Shown in pieces: positions 19,510 to 28,407 of a stretch of 64,000 nucleotides of DNA. The position numbers were made by a program, and so were the translations under genes. A model generated the notes under the pieces. That model was not told the DNA's origin and made no database searches. It saw only the letters and a program-made list of their open reading frames with translations. Where the stretch lies: positions 352,001 to 416,000 of the forward strand of contig OY759726.1 in NCBI GenBank assembly GCA_963662625.1, given 5' to 3'. The DNA comes from Nitrosopumilus sp. GTDB taxonomy: Archaea > Thermoproteota > Nitrososphaeria > Nitrososphaerales > Nitrosopumilaceae. Position 1 is the stretch's first letter. Every line of letters starts with the position of its first letter.

Positions 19510-20507
19510 CGCTCAAGCAGCTGCGCGGCCTGGAGGTGGTCGACCAGGACGTCACCGACGACAAGTACGGCACGTACTACGACCGGCGCTCGGTGGAGCA
19601 GCTGCTCCGCTACGGCCTGATAATACTGGACAAGCCGCCCGGCCCCACCAGCCACGAGACTGTCGCGTGGGCCAAGAGGATCATGAAGCTCCCGAAGATC
19701 GGCCACAGCGGGACGCTTGACCCCCAGGTGTCGGGGGTGCTGCCGCTGGGACTCGGCGAGGCGACAAAGGCGCTGGGGGTCCTGCTCTACGGCCCAAAGG
19801 AGTACCAGGCGCTGGGCAGGCTCCACTCCCTCCCGGCGAAGGAGAAGCTTGACCTGGCGATCGACGCGTTCCGGGGGGAGATATACCAAAAGCCGCCGCA
19901 GCGCTCGGCCGTCCTGCGGCAGACGAGGACGAGGACGATCTACGAGCTGGAGGTACTGGAGCGAAAGGAGAGGCTGCTGCTGGCCCGCGTGCTGTGCGAG
20001 GCCGGCACGTACATCAGGAAGCTGTACTACGACATCGGGGAGGTCCTCGGCCCCGGGGCCACGATGATCGAGCTGCGCCGGACGCGGGTGCACCAGTTTT
20101 CCGAGGCCGACGGGTTGGTGACGCTGCACGAGCTCGCCGACGCGTTTGCGCTGTGGGAGGAAGAAAAGGACGACTCCAAGCTGCTCCGGACGATACGGCC
20201 GGTCGAGCACGCCCTCAGCGAGATGAAGTCGGTGGTGATCAGGGACTCGGCGGTGGACGCGATGTGCCACGGCGCGCAGCTGGCGATCCCGGGAGTCCTC
20301 GAGGTCTCGCCCGGCCTCAGGAAGGGCGACGCCGTGGGGGTGTACACGCAGAAGGGCGAGGCGGTGGCGCTCGCCGAGTCCGTGATGTCCGAAGCGGAGA
20401 TCAAGGACGCCACGAAGGGCTACGCCCTTGAGACGAGGAGGATCATCATGGCGCCCGGCACCTACCCCCGGAAATGGCGGGCCAGGGCCTCCGCCCCAAA
20501 GGAATAA
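19506..20507 (+). CDS. cbf5: H/ACA pseudouridine synthase Cbf5
   Basis: DKPPGPTSHE, GHSGTLDP, EAGTYIRKL, PUA domain. Confidence 0.96.
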   Translation: MTLKQLRGLEVVDQDVTDDKYGTYYDRRSVEQLLRYGLIILDKPPGPTSHETVAWAKRIMKLPKIGHSGTLDPQVSGVLPLGLGEATKALGVLLYGPKEYQALGRLHSLPAKEKLDLAIDAFRGEIYQKPPQRSAVLRQTRTRTIYELEVLERKERLLLARVLCEAGTYIRKLYYDIGEVLGPGATMIELRRTRVHQFSEADGLVTLHELADAFALWEEEKDDSKLLRTIRPVEHALSEMKSVVIRDSAVDAMCHGAQLAIPGVLEVSPGLRKGDAVGVYTQKGEAVALAESVMSEAEIKDATKGYALETRRIIMAPGTYPRKWRARASAPKE

Positions 20508-20533
20508 AACTTTGGAAAACGACCCCCCTGCAG

Positions 20534-20980
20534 TTGCCTGCAAAAAGCCTCGTGATCTTCGTAGCGGTGGGAGTCGCGGCGGGGCTGGCGCTCGGGGCCT
20601 ACCTGATCGACGCGCGGCAGGAGGGCCAGCCCGCATTCGTCGAGGGGCCGTCGCTGTCGGTGGTCACCGAAAAGTCCGACTTTAAAAGGGGCGAGCAGAT
20701 AAGGATAAGGATCGTGAACTCTGGAACGGTGCCGCTGGAGTTCCCGGACGCCTCCTACGGGCTCAGGATCACGGGGCTGTCTGGGATGCTGATGTACGCG
20801 CCGGTGTCGGCGCAGGTGGCGTCAGGCCTGGAGCCGCGCGACGAGGTGGAGTTCGTCTGGGACCAGGTCAAAAACGACGGGGATCCGGTTCTGGAGGGGC
20901 TCTACAAGATCCACTCCGGGGGGTCGGACCCGCAGGGAAACGCGGTCGAGAGGTCGGTCACCGTGGCCGTCTGGAAATAG
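20534..20980 (+). CDS. Hypothetical membrane-anchored Ig-like protein
   Basis: N-terminal TM helix then beta-rich domain (VVTEKSDFKRGE, FVWDQ, EGLY); TTG start inferred. Confidence 0.7.
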   Translation: MPAKSLVIFVAVGVAAGLALGAYLIDARQEGQPAFVEGPSLSVVTEKSDFKRGEQIRIRIVNSGTVPLEFPDASYGLRITGLSGMLMYAPVSAQVASGLEPRDEVEFVWDQVKNDGDPVLEGLYKIHSGGSDPQGNAVERSVTVAVWK

Positions 20981-21040
20981 GGCCCCCGGGTAACACAATA
21001 TATAATCAAATCCCGCCGAATAACACTGTCACACGACAGT

Positions 21041-21140
21041 GCCGGGGTCGCCTAGCCTGGTAGGGCGCGCGCCTGGAATTAACTACCATAGAGCGCGTTC
21101 TCGCAAGGGAACGGGAGTTCAAATCTCCCTCCCGGCGCCA
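21041..21140 (+). tRNA. tRNA-Ser(GGA) with 13-nt intron at 37/38 (21079-21091), encoded CCA
   Basis: Acceptor GCCGGGG/TCCCGGC, anticodon stem CGCGC/GCGCG, long variable arm TTCTCGCAAGGGAA, T-loop GTTCAAATC, ends GCCA. Confidence 0.92.
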
Positions 21141-21210
21141 TCATCATGCGGCAGGCCCGGCCGAAGCCGGGCCCGGGGGGTGCCGGATTCCGGCCGCGCG
21201 GGGAACCTGC

Positions 21211-21720
21211 CTAGTTGAGGATCTTGAGGCTCCTGCATATGGAATAGAGCGTCCTCTTCAGGTTCTTGTCCACAAGCGTGTCCATCCTGTGGCGCAGGAC
21301 GCGCTTTGCCTCGTCCCTTTCGGCGCCCGGCGGGAGCGACAGGACGTTGTTGATAAGCTCCGGCAGGGACTCGCGGATCCACCCGTCCAGCATGGAGTAT
21401 ATCTTGGGGGGCAGCAGGTCGCACTTGTCCCTGTCCAGGTCGATCACCTCGGCAAAGTTCTCGTGCTCCACCCTGTACACCAGCGCCAGTATTATGTTGT
21501 CCGGGGTCGGGTGCTGCAGGATCTCCACGGAGCGCTCGCCAGTCTTTCCCTGGGCGATCTTGTTCTTGAGGCCCACCGGGTCTATTATTATGCCGTTGAC
21601 CCCCACCTTGCGCCCGTCGACCCCGGTCACTATGCCGAACACGAAGTCGTTGTACTCGCCGTTGGGCCTGGTCGAAAACACGTGGACGCCCTCCTTCAGG
21701 ACTGGCTTTCTGCCAAACAT
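21211..21720 (-). CDS. Hypothetical protein
   Basis: Clean 169-aa ORF with host-like codon use and AT-rich upstream element. Confidence 0.75.
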   Translation of the reverse strand: MFGRKPVLKEGVHVFSTRPNGEYNDFVFGIVTGVDGRKVGVNGIIIDPVGLKNKIAQGKTGERSVEILQHPTPDNIILALVYRVEHENFAEVIDLDRDKCDLLPPKIYSMLDGWIRESLPELINNVLSLPPGAERDEAKRVLRHRMDTLVDKNLKRTLYSICRSLKILN

Positions 21721-21760
21721 GGTACAGGTCAGTCGTGCGGCGCACTTAATATGTCTTGAA

Positions 21761-21991
21761 CTACCGCCCGCCCCTGCTGAGCTCCGCCTCCCTCATGAGG
21801 TCGTCCTGTTCCCGGATTGCCCTGCTGAGGCGCTTCGACTCGCGGTCCTTGCCGGTGCATGTGAAGGCTCCGCCGTCGTACCTGTAGTGGGCCGAGCCGT
21901 CCTGGTTCTGCCACTGCAGCTTGTTGGCGTACGGGTGCATGTACCTCGACATCCTGCACACCAGCCTCTCGCCGCACTTGTGGCAGACCAT
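21761..21991 (-). CDS. Small Cys/His-containing hypothetical protein (76 aa, CxxC)
   Basis: MVCHKCGERLVCR...LQWQNQDGSAHY...FTC; GAGGGG upstream of ATG. Confidence 0.55.
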   Translation of the reverse strand: MVCHKCGERLVCRMSRYMHPYANKLQWQNQDGSAHYRYDGGAFTCTGKDRESKRLSRAIREQDDLMREAELSRGGR

Positions 21992-22154
21992 GGCTGCCCC
22001 CTCGCGCTTCTCCGCCACGACTCGGCACGCGTTCCCAAACAATAAGACTGTTCCGCGCACCCGCGGCGTCCCCCGCCCCCGGGCCGCCCGAGCTCCGGAA
22101 ATGCCGGGAATCCGATTAGTTAATTCTTAATACTGGGATTATGCAGGCACTGCG

Positions 22155-24842
22155 TTGGAAAAAAACGAGCTGCTGAGGGAGTTCTCGGCGGATCCCGACA
22201 GGTACTACCGCGTGGACCTCTTCGAGGAGCACGGGTTCGACAGGAGGCAGTGCGCCAGGTGCCGCAGGTACTTTTGGACGCTGGATCCTGGGAGGGACAT
22301 GTGCCCCGACGACGCGCCCGACACCTACTCGTTCATAGGCGATCCGCCCACCACGGAGAGGCTCGACTACGCGCGGTCCTGGGAGCGCATCGAGGAGTTC
22401 TTCGTGGAGAACGGGCACTCGTCCATACCGAGGTACCCGGTAGTCTGCAGGTGGCGGGACGACCTGTACTTTACGATCGCGTCGATCGTGGACTTTCAGA
22501 GGGTGATGGGCTCCAAGGTCGTGTTCGAGTTTCCCGCCAACCCGCTGGTCGTGCCGCAGACGTGCCTGCGGTTCAAGGACCTGGAGAACGTGGGCGTCAC
22601 GGGGCGGCACTTTTCGAGCTTCTGCATGGTCGGGCAGCACAGCGTCGCCGGCGGCGACGGCGGGTACTGGAAGGACAGGTGCATCGACCTGGACTTCAGG
22701 CTGCTGACCGACCGGTTCGGGATAGGCAGGGAGGAGGTGGTCTTCGTGGAGGACGTGTGGGCCGGCGGGGGCTCGTTTGGCTCGTCGCTGGAGTACTTTG
22801 TGAGGGGGCTGGAGCTGGGAAACGCGGTGTTCACCGAGTTCCAGGGGGACCTGGGCAGGCACTCCGTCCTTGACCAGAAGATCATCGACATGGGCGCGGG
22901 CCTGGAGCGCTTCGCGTGGGTCACGATGGGGACCCCGACGGCGTACGACTGCTGCTTCGGCCCGATCAACGGCATGCTGCTCGGGGAGCTGGGGCTGGAC
23001 ACGGACTCCCCGTGGCTCCCGGGATACTTTACGGAGGTCGCAAAGGCGCTTGAGCGCTTCGGCGACCTCAACGACGTGAGGCGCCACGCGACGAAGCGGG
23101 CAAACCTCTCGGACGGCCAGCTGGACAGGGTGGTCGCCCCGCTGGAGGGGGCGTACCTGATAGCGGATCACCTGAGGACGCTGATCTTCGCGATCGCGGA
23201 CGGCGCGCTGCCGAGCAACGTCGGAGGGGGCTACAACCTGAGGATGATGCTGCGGCGGATCAACGGCACCGCCAGGAGGCTCGGCCTGGGCCTGGACCTC
23301 GCCGCCCTGGTAGACGCGCACGTCGACTACCTCATGGGCATGTACCCGGAGCTCGACTCAAAGCGCGGGGACGTCAAGGCGATCCTCGAAATAGAGTCGC
23401 GGAGATACGAGGAGTCCAAGGCGCACATGAGGAAGAAGGCCGACAGGATCCGGGAGCGCGGGATCCCCACGGTGGACGATCTGATCACTCTGTACGAGTC
23501 AGACGGAATAACGCCGGACTACCTCAGGGAGGTGCACGCGATATCGGAGATACCGCCCACGTTCTACTCCAGGCTGTCCGACCTGCACCAGTCCGCGAGG
23601 AAGAAGGGCGCCGCGGAGCTCCCGCCGATGGACGTGCCCGAGACCGACGCCCTGTTTTACAAGGACGACCCGATGGAGTTTGAGGCCCGGGTCCTCAGGG
23701 CGTTCGACGGATGCGTGGTGCTCGACAGGACGTCGTTCTACGCCCGGGGAGGGGGCCAGGAGCCCGACCACGGGACGATAGCCGGGTTCGAGGTGACCGA
23801 CGTGGACAGGCACGCGGGGGTCATCGTGCACAGGCTGCGGGGCGGGACGCCGGCCGAGGGCCGGACGGTGGAGTGCAGGGTAGACGCGCAGAGGCGCATG
23901 GACATCACGAAAAACCACACCGGCACGCACATACTCAACGCGTCGTCGCGGGAGGTGCTGGGCTCCTGGGTCTGGCAGCACTCGGCGTTCAAGGACCGCG
24001 ACCACGCCAGGCTGGACATCACCCACCACTCGTCGCTCACCGACGCGCAGGTGAGGCAGATCGAGGACGCCGCGAACGGCATGGTGGGGGAGGATCTCCC
24101 GGTGGGGGTGCAGTACCTCGACAGGGGCTCCGCGGAACGGAGGTACGGGTTCAGGATCTACCAGGGGGGCGTCGTGCCGGTAAAGTCTGTGCGGATAGTG
24201 TCAATCGGGGACAGGGACGTCGAGGCGTGCGGCGGGACGCACGTGGGAAAGACCGGGGAGATCGGGCTGATCAAGATAACCAGGACGAAGCGCATACAGG
24301 ACGGGGTGGTCAGGCTGGAGTTCGTGTCCGGCCCTGCCGCGTTCGAGTACGCCCGGCTCCAGCGGGCGAGGGCCGAGGAGCAGAAGGAGCTAGACGCGGG
24401 CAGGGAAAGGCTCGAGAGGGAGCGCGGGGAGAGGCGGCGCAAGGCGAGGGAGGCGATGCCGGCGCTCCTGTCCAGGATCCTCGCGGGGGAGGCAGGCGAC
24501 ATAGAGGGGATCCAGGTGAGCGACGGGATGTGCTTCACGGCAAGCGACCGGTACGACGAGTTCTTCCACGTCGACTTCGGAAGGAGGGTGGCCGGCGAGG
24601 CGGCCGGCTCGGCATACTGCGGGATATTCGACTCGGGGCCGACTGTCCGGGTGGTGGTGTGCTGCGGCGGGCAGTCCGGCAAGGACGCGGGGGACGTCGC
24701 AAGGCGGGTCTCGGCGGTACTCGGCGGCTCCGGCGGCGGGGACGCGGGGTTCGCGCAGGGGGGCGGAAGGGACACCTCCAAAAAGGGCCAGGCGGTAGAG
24801 CTGGCACGATCGATCATGCTGGGGCGGGAAGATGGGGGCTGA
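22155..24842 (+). CDS. alaS: Alanine--tRNA ligase
   Basis: FTIASI, GLELGNAVF, IDMGAGLER, editing HTGTH and ACGGTH, C-terminal GGG. Confidence 0.97.
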   Translation: MEKNELLREFSADPDRYYRVDLFEEHGFDRRQCARCRRYFWTLDPGRDMCPDDAPDTYSFIGDPPTTERLDYARSWERIEEFFVENGHSSIPRYPVVCRWRDDLYFTIASIVDFQRVMGSKVVFEFPANPLVVPQTCLRFKDLENVGVTGRHFSSFCMVGQHSVAGGDGGYWKDRCIDLDFRLLTDRFGIGREEVVFVEDVWAGGGSFGSSLEYFVRGLELGNAVFTEFQGDLGRHSVLDQKIIDMGAGLERFAWVTMGTPTAYDCCFGPINGMLLGELGLDTDSPWLPGYFTEVAKALERFGDLNDVRRHATKRANLSDGQLDRVVAPLEGAYLIADHLRTLIFAIADGALPSNVGGGYNLRMMLRRINGTARRLGLGLDLAALVDAHVDYLMGMYPELDSKRGDVKAILEIESRRYEESKAHMRKKADRIRERGIPTVDDLITLYESDGITPDYLREVHAISEIPPTFYSRLSDLHQSARKKGAAELPPMDVPETDALFYKDDPMEFEARVLRAFDGCVVLDRTSFYARGGGQEPDHGTIAGFEVTDVDRHAGVIVHRLRGGTPAEGRTVECRVDAQRRMDITKNHTGTHILNASSREVLGSWVWQHSAFKDRDHARLDITHHSSLTDAQVRQIEDAANGMVGEDLPVGVQYLDRGSAERRYGFRIYQGGVVPVKSVRIVSIGDRDVEACGGTHVGKTGEIGLIKITRTKRIQDGVVRLEFVSGPAAFEYARLQRARAEEQKELDAGRERLERERGERRRKAREAMPALLSRILAGEAGDIEGIQVSDGMCFTASDRYDEFFHVDFGRRVAGEAAGSAYCGIFDSGPTVRVVVCCGGQSGKDAGDVARRVSAVLGGSGGGDAGFAQGGGRDTSKKGQAVELARSIMLGREDGG

Positions 24843-27690
24843 CTGGGGCGAGATCGAGGCCCGGTGGAGGGCCAGGTGGCGGGAGGACCGCGACTTTGAG
24901 GCCGATCCCGGGGAGGGGAAGAAGAAGTTCATCACGGTGGCGTACCCGTACCCCAACTCGCCGCAGCACATAGGGCACGGGAGGACCTACACCATAGCCG
25001 ACGTCCACGCTAGGTTCTACAGGATGAAGGGCTACAACGTCCTGTTCCCTATGGGGTTCCACTACACCGGCACCCCGATACTCGGGATGGCGAAGAGGGT
25101 GGAGTCGGGCGACGCCGAGCTGATAGACGGGCTGAGGAACCTCTACCACGTCCCAGACCGGGACATCGGGACGTTTTCGGAGCCGATCAAGATAGCGGAC
25201 TACTTCCACGAGGAGATCAAGGCCGGCATGATCGAGATGGGCTATTCCATAGACTGGAGGCGGGAGTTCACCACCATAGACCCGGCATACCAGAAGTTCA
25301 TCGAGTGGCAGATAGTCACGCTGAGGGAAAAGAACCTGATCATCCAGGGGAGCCACCCGGTGGGGTGGTGCCCCAGTGACCAGAACCCGGTGTCGCAGCA
25401 CGACACGCTGGGCGACGTGGAGCCGGACTTTACCGAGTACGTGCTGGTCAAGTTCCGGCTGGGGGACCGCGTGGTGCCCGCCGCGACGCTGCGGCCCGAG
25501 ACGCTCTTTGGCGTGACGAACCTCTGGGTCAACCCCGACACCGTGTACCGGAAGGTCTCGGTCGACGGCGAGGGCTGGATCGTGTCGGCCGAGTGCGCCC
25601 ACAAGCTGGAGTTCCTGGACAAGGAAGTCGAGTACGAGGGGGAGGTTGCCGGGGCCGACCTGGTAGGGAAGATCGCGGAGGTGCCGCACAGCGGCGCGCG
25701 GGTGCCCGTGCTGGGGGCGGGCTTCGTCAAGCCGGGGACCGGCACGGGGCTCGTGATGTCGGTGCCCGCGCACGCGCCGTTTGACTACCAGGCGCTGGCA
25801 GACCTCGAGAAGAGCCCCCCGGCGGGCTCGGCGCCGCCGGGGATCGTCCCTGTCTCCCTGATAGCCACGGAGGGGCACGGCCCGTTCCCGGCAAGGGAGG
25901 CGTGCGAGAGGCTCGGCATCAGGGACCAGGACGACCCGAGGCTGGAGGAGGCGACCTCCGAGGTCTACGAGAGGGAGTTCTACAAGGGGATCCTCACGGA
26001 CGCCTGCGGGGAATTCGCGGGAAGGAAGGTCTCCGAGGCCAAGGACGCGATCAGGGAGTGGCTGTCGCGAGGCGGGCACTCCGACGTCCTGCTGGAGCTC
26101 ACGAACGCGCCGGTGCGGTGCCGCTGCGGGGCCGAGTGCGTCGTGAAGATCCTCTCGAACCAGTGGTTCCTGAACTACGGGGACGCGCGGTGGAAGGAGA
26201 GGGCCAGGGAGTGCCTGGACGGCATGAGCGTACTGCCGCCGGAGATCGTTGGGGAGTTCCACTACGTGGTGGGCTGGCTGCGGGAGAGGGCGTGCGCCAG
26301 GCAGCACGGGCTCGGGACCAGGCTCCCGTGGGACAGGGACTGGATCGTCGAGAGCCTCTCCGACTCTGTGATCTACATGTCGTATTACGCGATCTCGAGG
26401 TTCGTCAACGACGGGACCATATCGGCCGAGGACATGTCGAGGGAGTTCTTCGACTACGTGTTCCTGGGGCGGGGATCCGCCGCCGGCATCCCGGGGATCG
26501 GGGAGGCCGTGGCGGAGCGCATACGCGGCGAGTTCCTGTACTTTTACCCCGTGGACTCGCGGCACTCCGGGCGCGACCTGGTCCCGAACCACCTGACGTT
26601 CTTCGTGCTCAACCACGTCGCGGTATTCGGAGAGGGCGACTGGCCGCGGCAGATCGTGGTCAACGGATCCGTCCTGATGGACGGCAAAAAGATGTCCAAG
26701 AGCATGGGAAACATCATCCCGCTGCGGAAGGCCATACGGGACCACGGCGCGGACCCCATCCGGCTCGCGATACTCGTATCCGCGGAGCTGCTCCAGGACG
26801 CCGACTTTAACCTGGACTCCGTGGGCGGCATCAGGCACAAGCTCGAGGCCATGCTGGGGGAGTGCTCGAGGCTGCGCCCCGGCGGCGCGGGGGCCGGAGG
26901 GCCGGAGGACAGGTGGATCGCAAGCCGGCTGGACGCGCTCGTGGCCAGCGTCAGCGACTCCGTGGAGAGGATGAGGCTGCGCGAGGCGCTGCACGGGATC
27001 CTGTTCTCGTTCGAGGACGACATACAGTGGTACCTGAAGCGGGCTGGCGCCAAGGGGCGCGATGACTGCGTGCCGACGCTGCACCGCGTCTACAGCACCA
27101 GGGTGGCGCTGCTGTCCCCGTTCGCCCCGCACGCGGCCGAGGAGATGTGGCACGCCCTGGGCAACCCCGGCGCGGCGTCCAAGTCAGGGTGGCCCGAGCC
27201 CGCCGGGCCGATCGACGCCGGGGCGATCCAGTCCGAAGACCTGCTAAAGTCGATCATCGCCGACATCGCGAACATCCTGAAGGTGACCGGGATGAAGCCG
27301 TCACGGATAACCGTCTACACCGCGTCCCGCCCCAAGGCCGGGACGTACCGCGCGGTGCTCGGGAGCGTGACGTCGGGCCGGACCACCATGGGGGAGGTGA
27401 TGAGGGGGCTGGCGGCGAACCCGGAGACGGCAGATGCCAGGCGCAACCCGGACTTTGTGCAAAAGGCGCTACGGGACATCCTGTCCGCGCCGTCCGAGAT
27501 CAGGGGCGCGAGGCTCCAGGCAGCGGGCTTTGACGAGCACGGGTTCCTGTCGCGGGAGCTGGAGTCGGTGGTGATGGCGGAGTTCGGGGCGCCCGTGTCC
27601 GTCCTTGCCGAGGACGACCCGGGCATCCGCGACCCCAAGGGCAAGGCCAGGCACGCCAGGCCGTTCAAGCCAGCGATCCTGATCGAGTGA
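24832..27690 (+). CDS. leuS: Leucine--tRNA ligase
   Basis: YPYPN..HIGH, ATLRPET, KMSKS. Confidence 0.97.
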   Translation: MGADWGEIEARWRARWREDRDFEADPGEGKKKFITVAYPYPNSPQHIGHGRTYTIADVHARFYRMKGYNVLFPMGFHYTGTPILGMAKRVESGDAELIDGLRNLYHVPDRDIGTFSEPIKIADYFHEEIKAGMIEMGYSIDWRREFTTIDPAYQKFIEWQIVTLREKNLIIQGSHPVGWCPSDQNPVSQHDTLGDVEPDFTEYVLVKFRLGDRVVPAATLRPETLFGVTNLWVNPDTVYRKVSVDGEGWIVSAECAHKLEFLDKEVEYEGEVAGADLVGKIAEVPHSGARVPVLGAGFVKPGTGTGLVMSVPAHAPFDYQALADLEKSPPAGSAPPGIVPVSLIATEGHGPFPAREACERLGIRDQDDPRLEEATSEVYEREFYKGILTDACGEFAGRKVSEAKDAIREWLSRGGHSDVLLELTNAPVRCRCGAECVVKILSNQWFLNYGDARWKERARECLDGMSVLPPEIVGEFHYVVGWLRERACARQHGLGTRLPWDRDWIVESLSDSVIYMSYYAISRFVNDGTISAEDMSREFFDYVFLGRGSAAGIPGIGEAVAERIRGEFLYFYPVDSRHSGRDLVPNHLTFFVLNHVAVFGEGDWPRQIVVNGSVLMDGKKMSKSMGNIIPLRKAIRDHGADPIRLAILVSAELLQDADFNLDSVGGIRHKLEAMLGECSRLRPGGAGAGGPEDRWIASRLDALVASVSDSVERMRLREALHGILFSFEDDIQWYLKRAGAKGRDDCVPTLHRVYSTRVALLSPFAPHAAEEMWHALGNPGAASKSGWPEPAGPIDAGAIQSEDLLKSIIADIANILKVTGMKPSRITVYTASRPKAGTYRAVLGSVTSGRTTMGEVMRGLAANPETADARRNPDFVQKALRDILSAPSEIRGARLQAAGFDEHGFLSRELESVVMAEFGAPVSVLAEDDPGIRDPKGKARHARPFKPAILIE

Positions 27691-27740
27691 CTCCCGGGAT
27701 CCGACGTGGCGGCCCGCCCGCGGCGTGCCGCTAGGCGGCG

Positions 27741-28340
27741 CTAGAAATGTCCCTCGAACGCCACCTCGGACAGGGGAAGCTGCCCTCCCCTCGGGGGCGG
27801 ATCCGCCGCCCTCTTGCCCACGACCACCATCATCGTGATGACGTGGTCCGGCGGCAGGTTGATCATCTCCCCTACCCTGCCAAAATCGAACCCCTCCATG
27901 GGGCACGAGTCGTAGCCCATGGCCCTCGCGGCCAGCATTATGGTCTGGGCCGCCAGGCTGCAGGATCTGAACGCCTCGTCCCTCTCCAGGCCCTCGTTCC
28001 CCCCGTACGACCGCCTGATCGCGTCGGCGACGCCCCTCCGCTGCCCCTCGGGAAGGCTCTCCCAGTACCTCTCGGGATCCCTGTCCCACGCCTTCAGGTC
28101 TGCGCACAGGACGATCACCAGGGACGCCTCGGCCACCTGCCTCTGGCCGTACGACAGCCCGCACAGCCTGTCCTTTGCGGCCTGCTCGGCCACCGTGACG
28201 AACCTCCAGTTCTGGATGTTGTAGGACGTCGGTGAAAGTATTGCAAGTTCCAGCAGCCGCCTGACCTCGCCGCGGGGCATCTCGTGCCTCCTGAATCTCT
28301 TGACCGAGCGGCGGCTCCTGATCGCCTCGAACGCGTCCAT
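27741..28340 (-). CDS. Nitroreductase family protein
   Basis: IRSRRSVKRF, SPTSYNIQNWRF, GYDSCPMEGFD. Confidence 0.92.
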   Translation of the reverse strand: MDAFEAIRSRRSVKRFRRHEMPRGEVRRLLELAILSPTSYNIQNWRFVTVAEQAAKDRLCGLSYGQRQVAEASLVIVLCADLKAWDRDPERYWESLPEGQRRGVADAIRRSYGGNEGLERDEAFRSCSLAAQTIMLAARAMGYDSCPMEGFDFGRVGEMINLPPDHVITMMVVVGKRAADPPPRGGQLPLSEVAFEGHF

Positions 28341-28407
28341 GGTTACATGGTGGTCGCCTGGCCTCGCTAAATAAAGGCTCGGCACGGCGCCGCGCCACGG
28401 CCGGCCC

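Noticed and set aside
24814-27153. Long antisense ORFs opposite leuS, alaS, pckA, pgk and others
   Set aside because: Typical shadow frames of high-GC3 genes.
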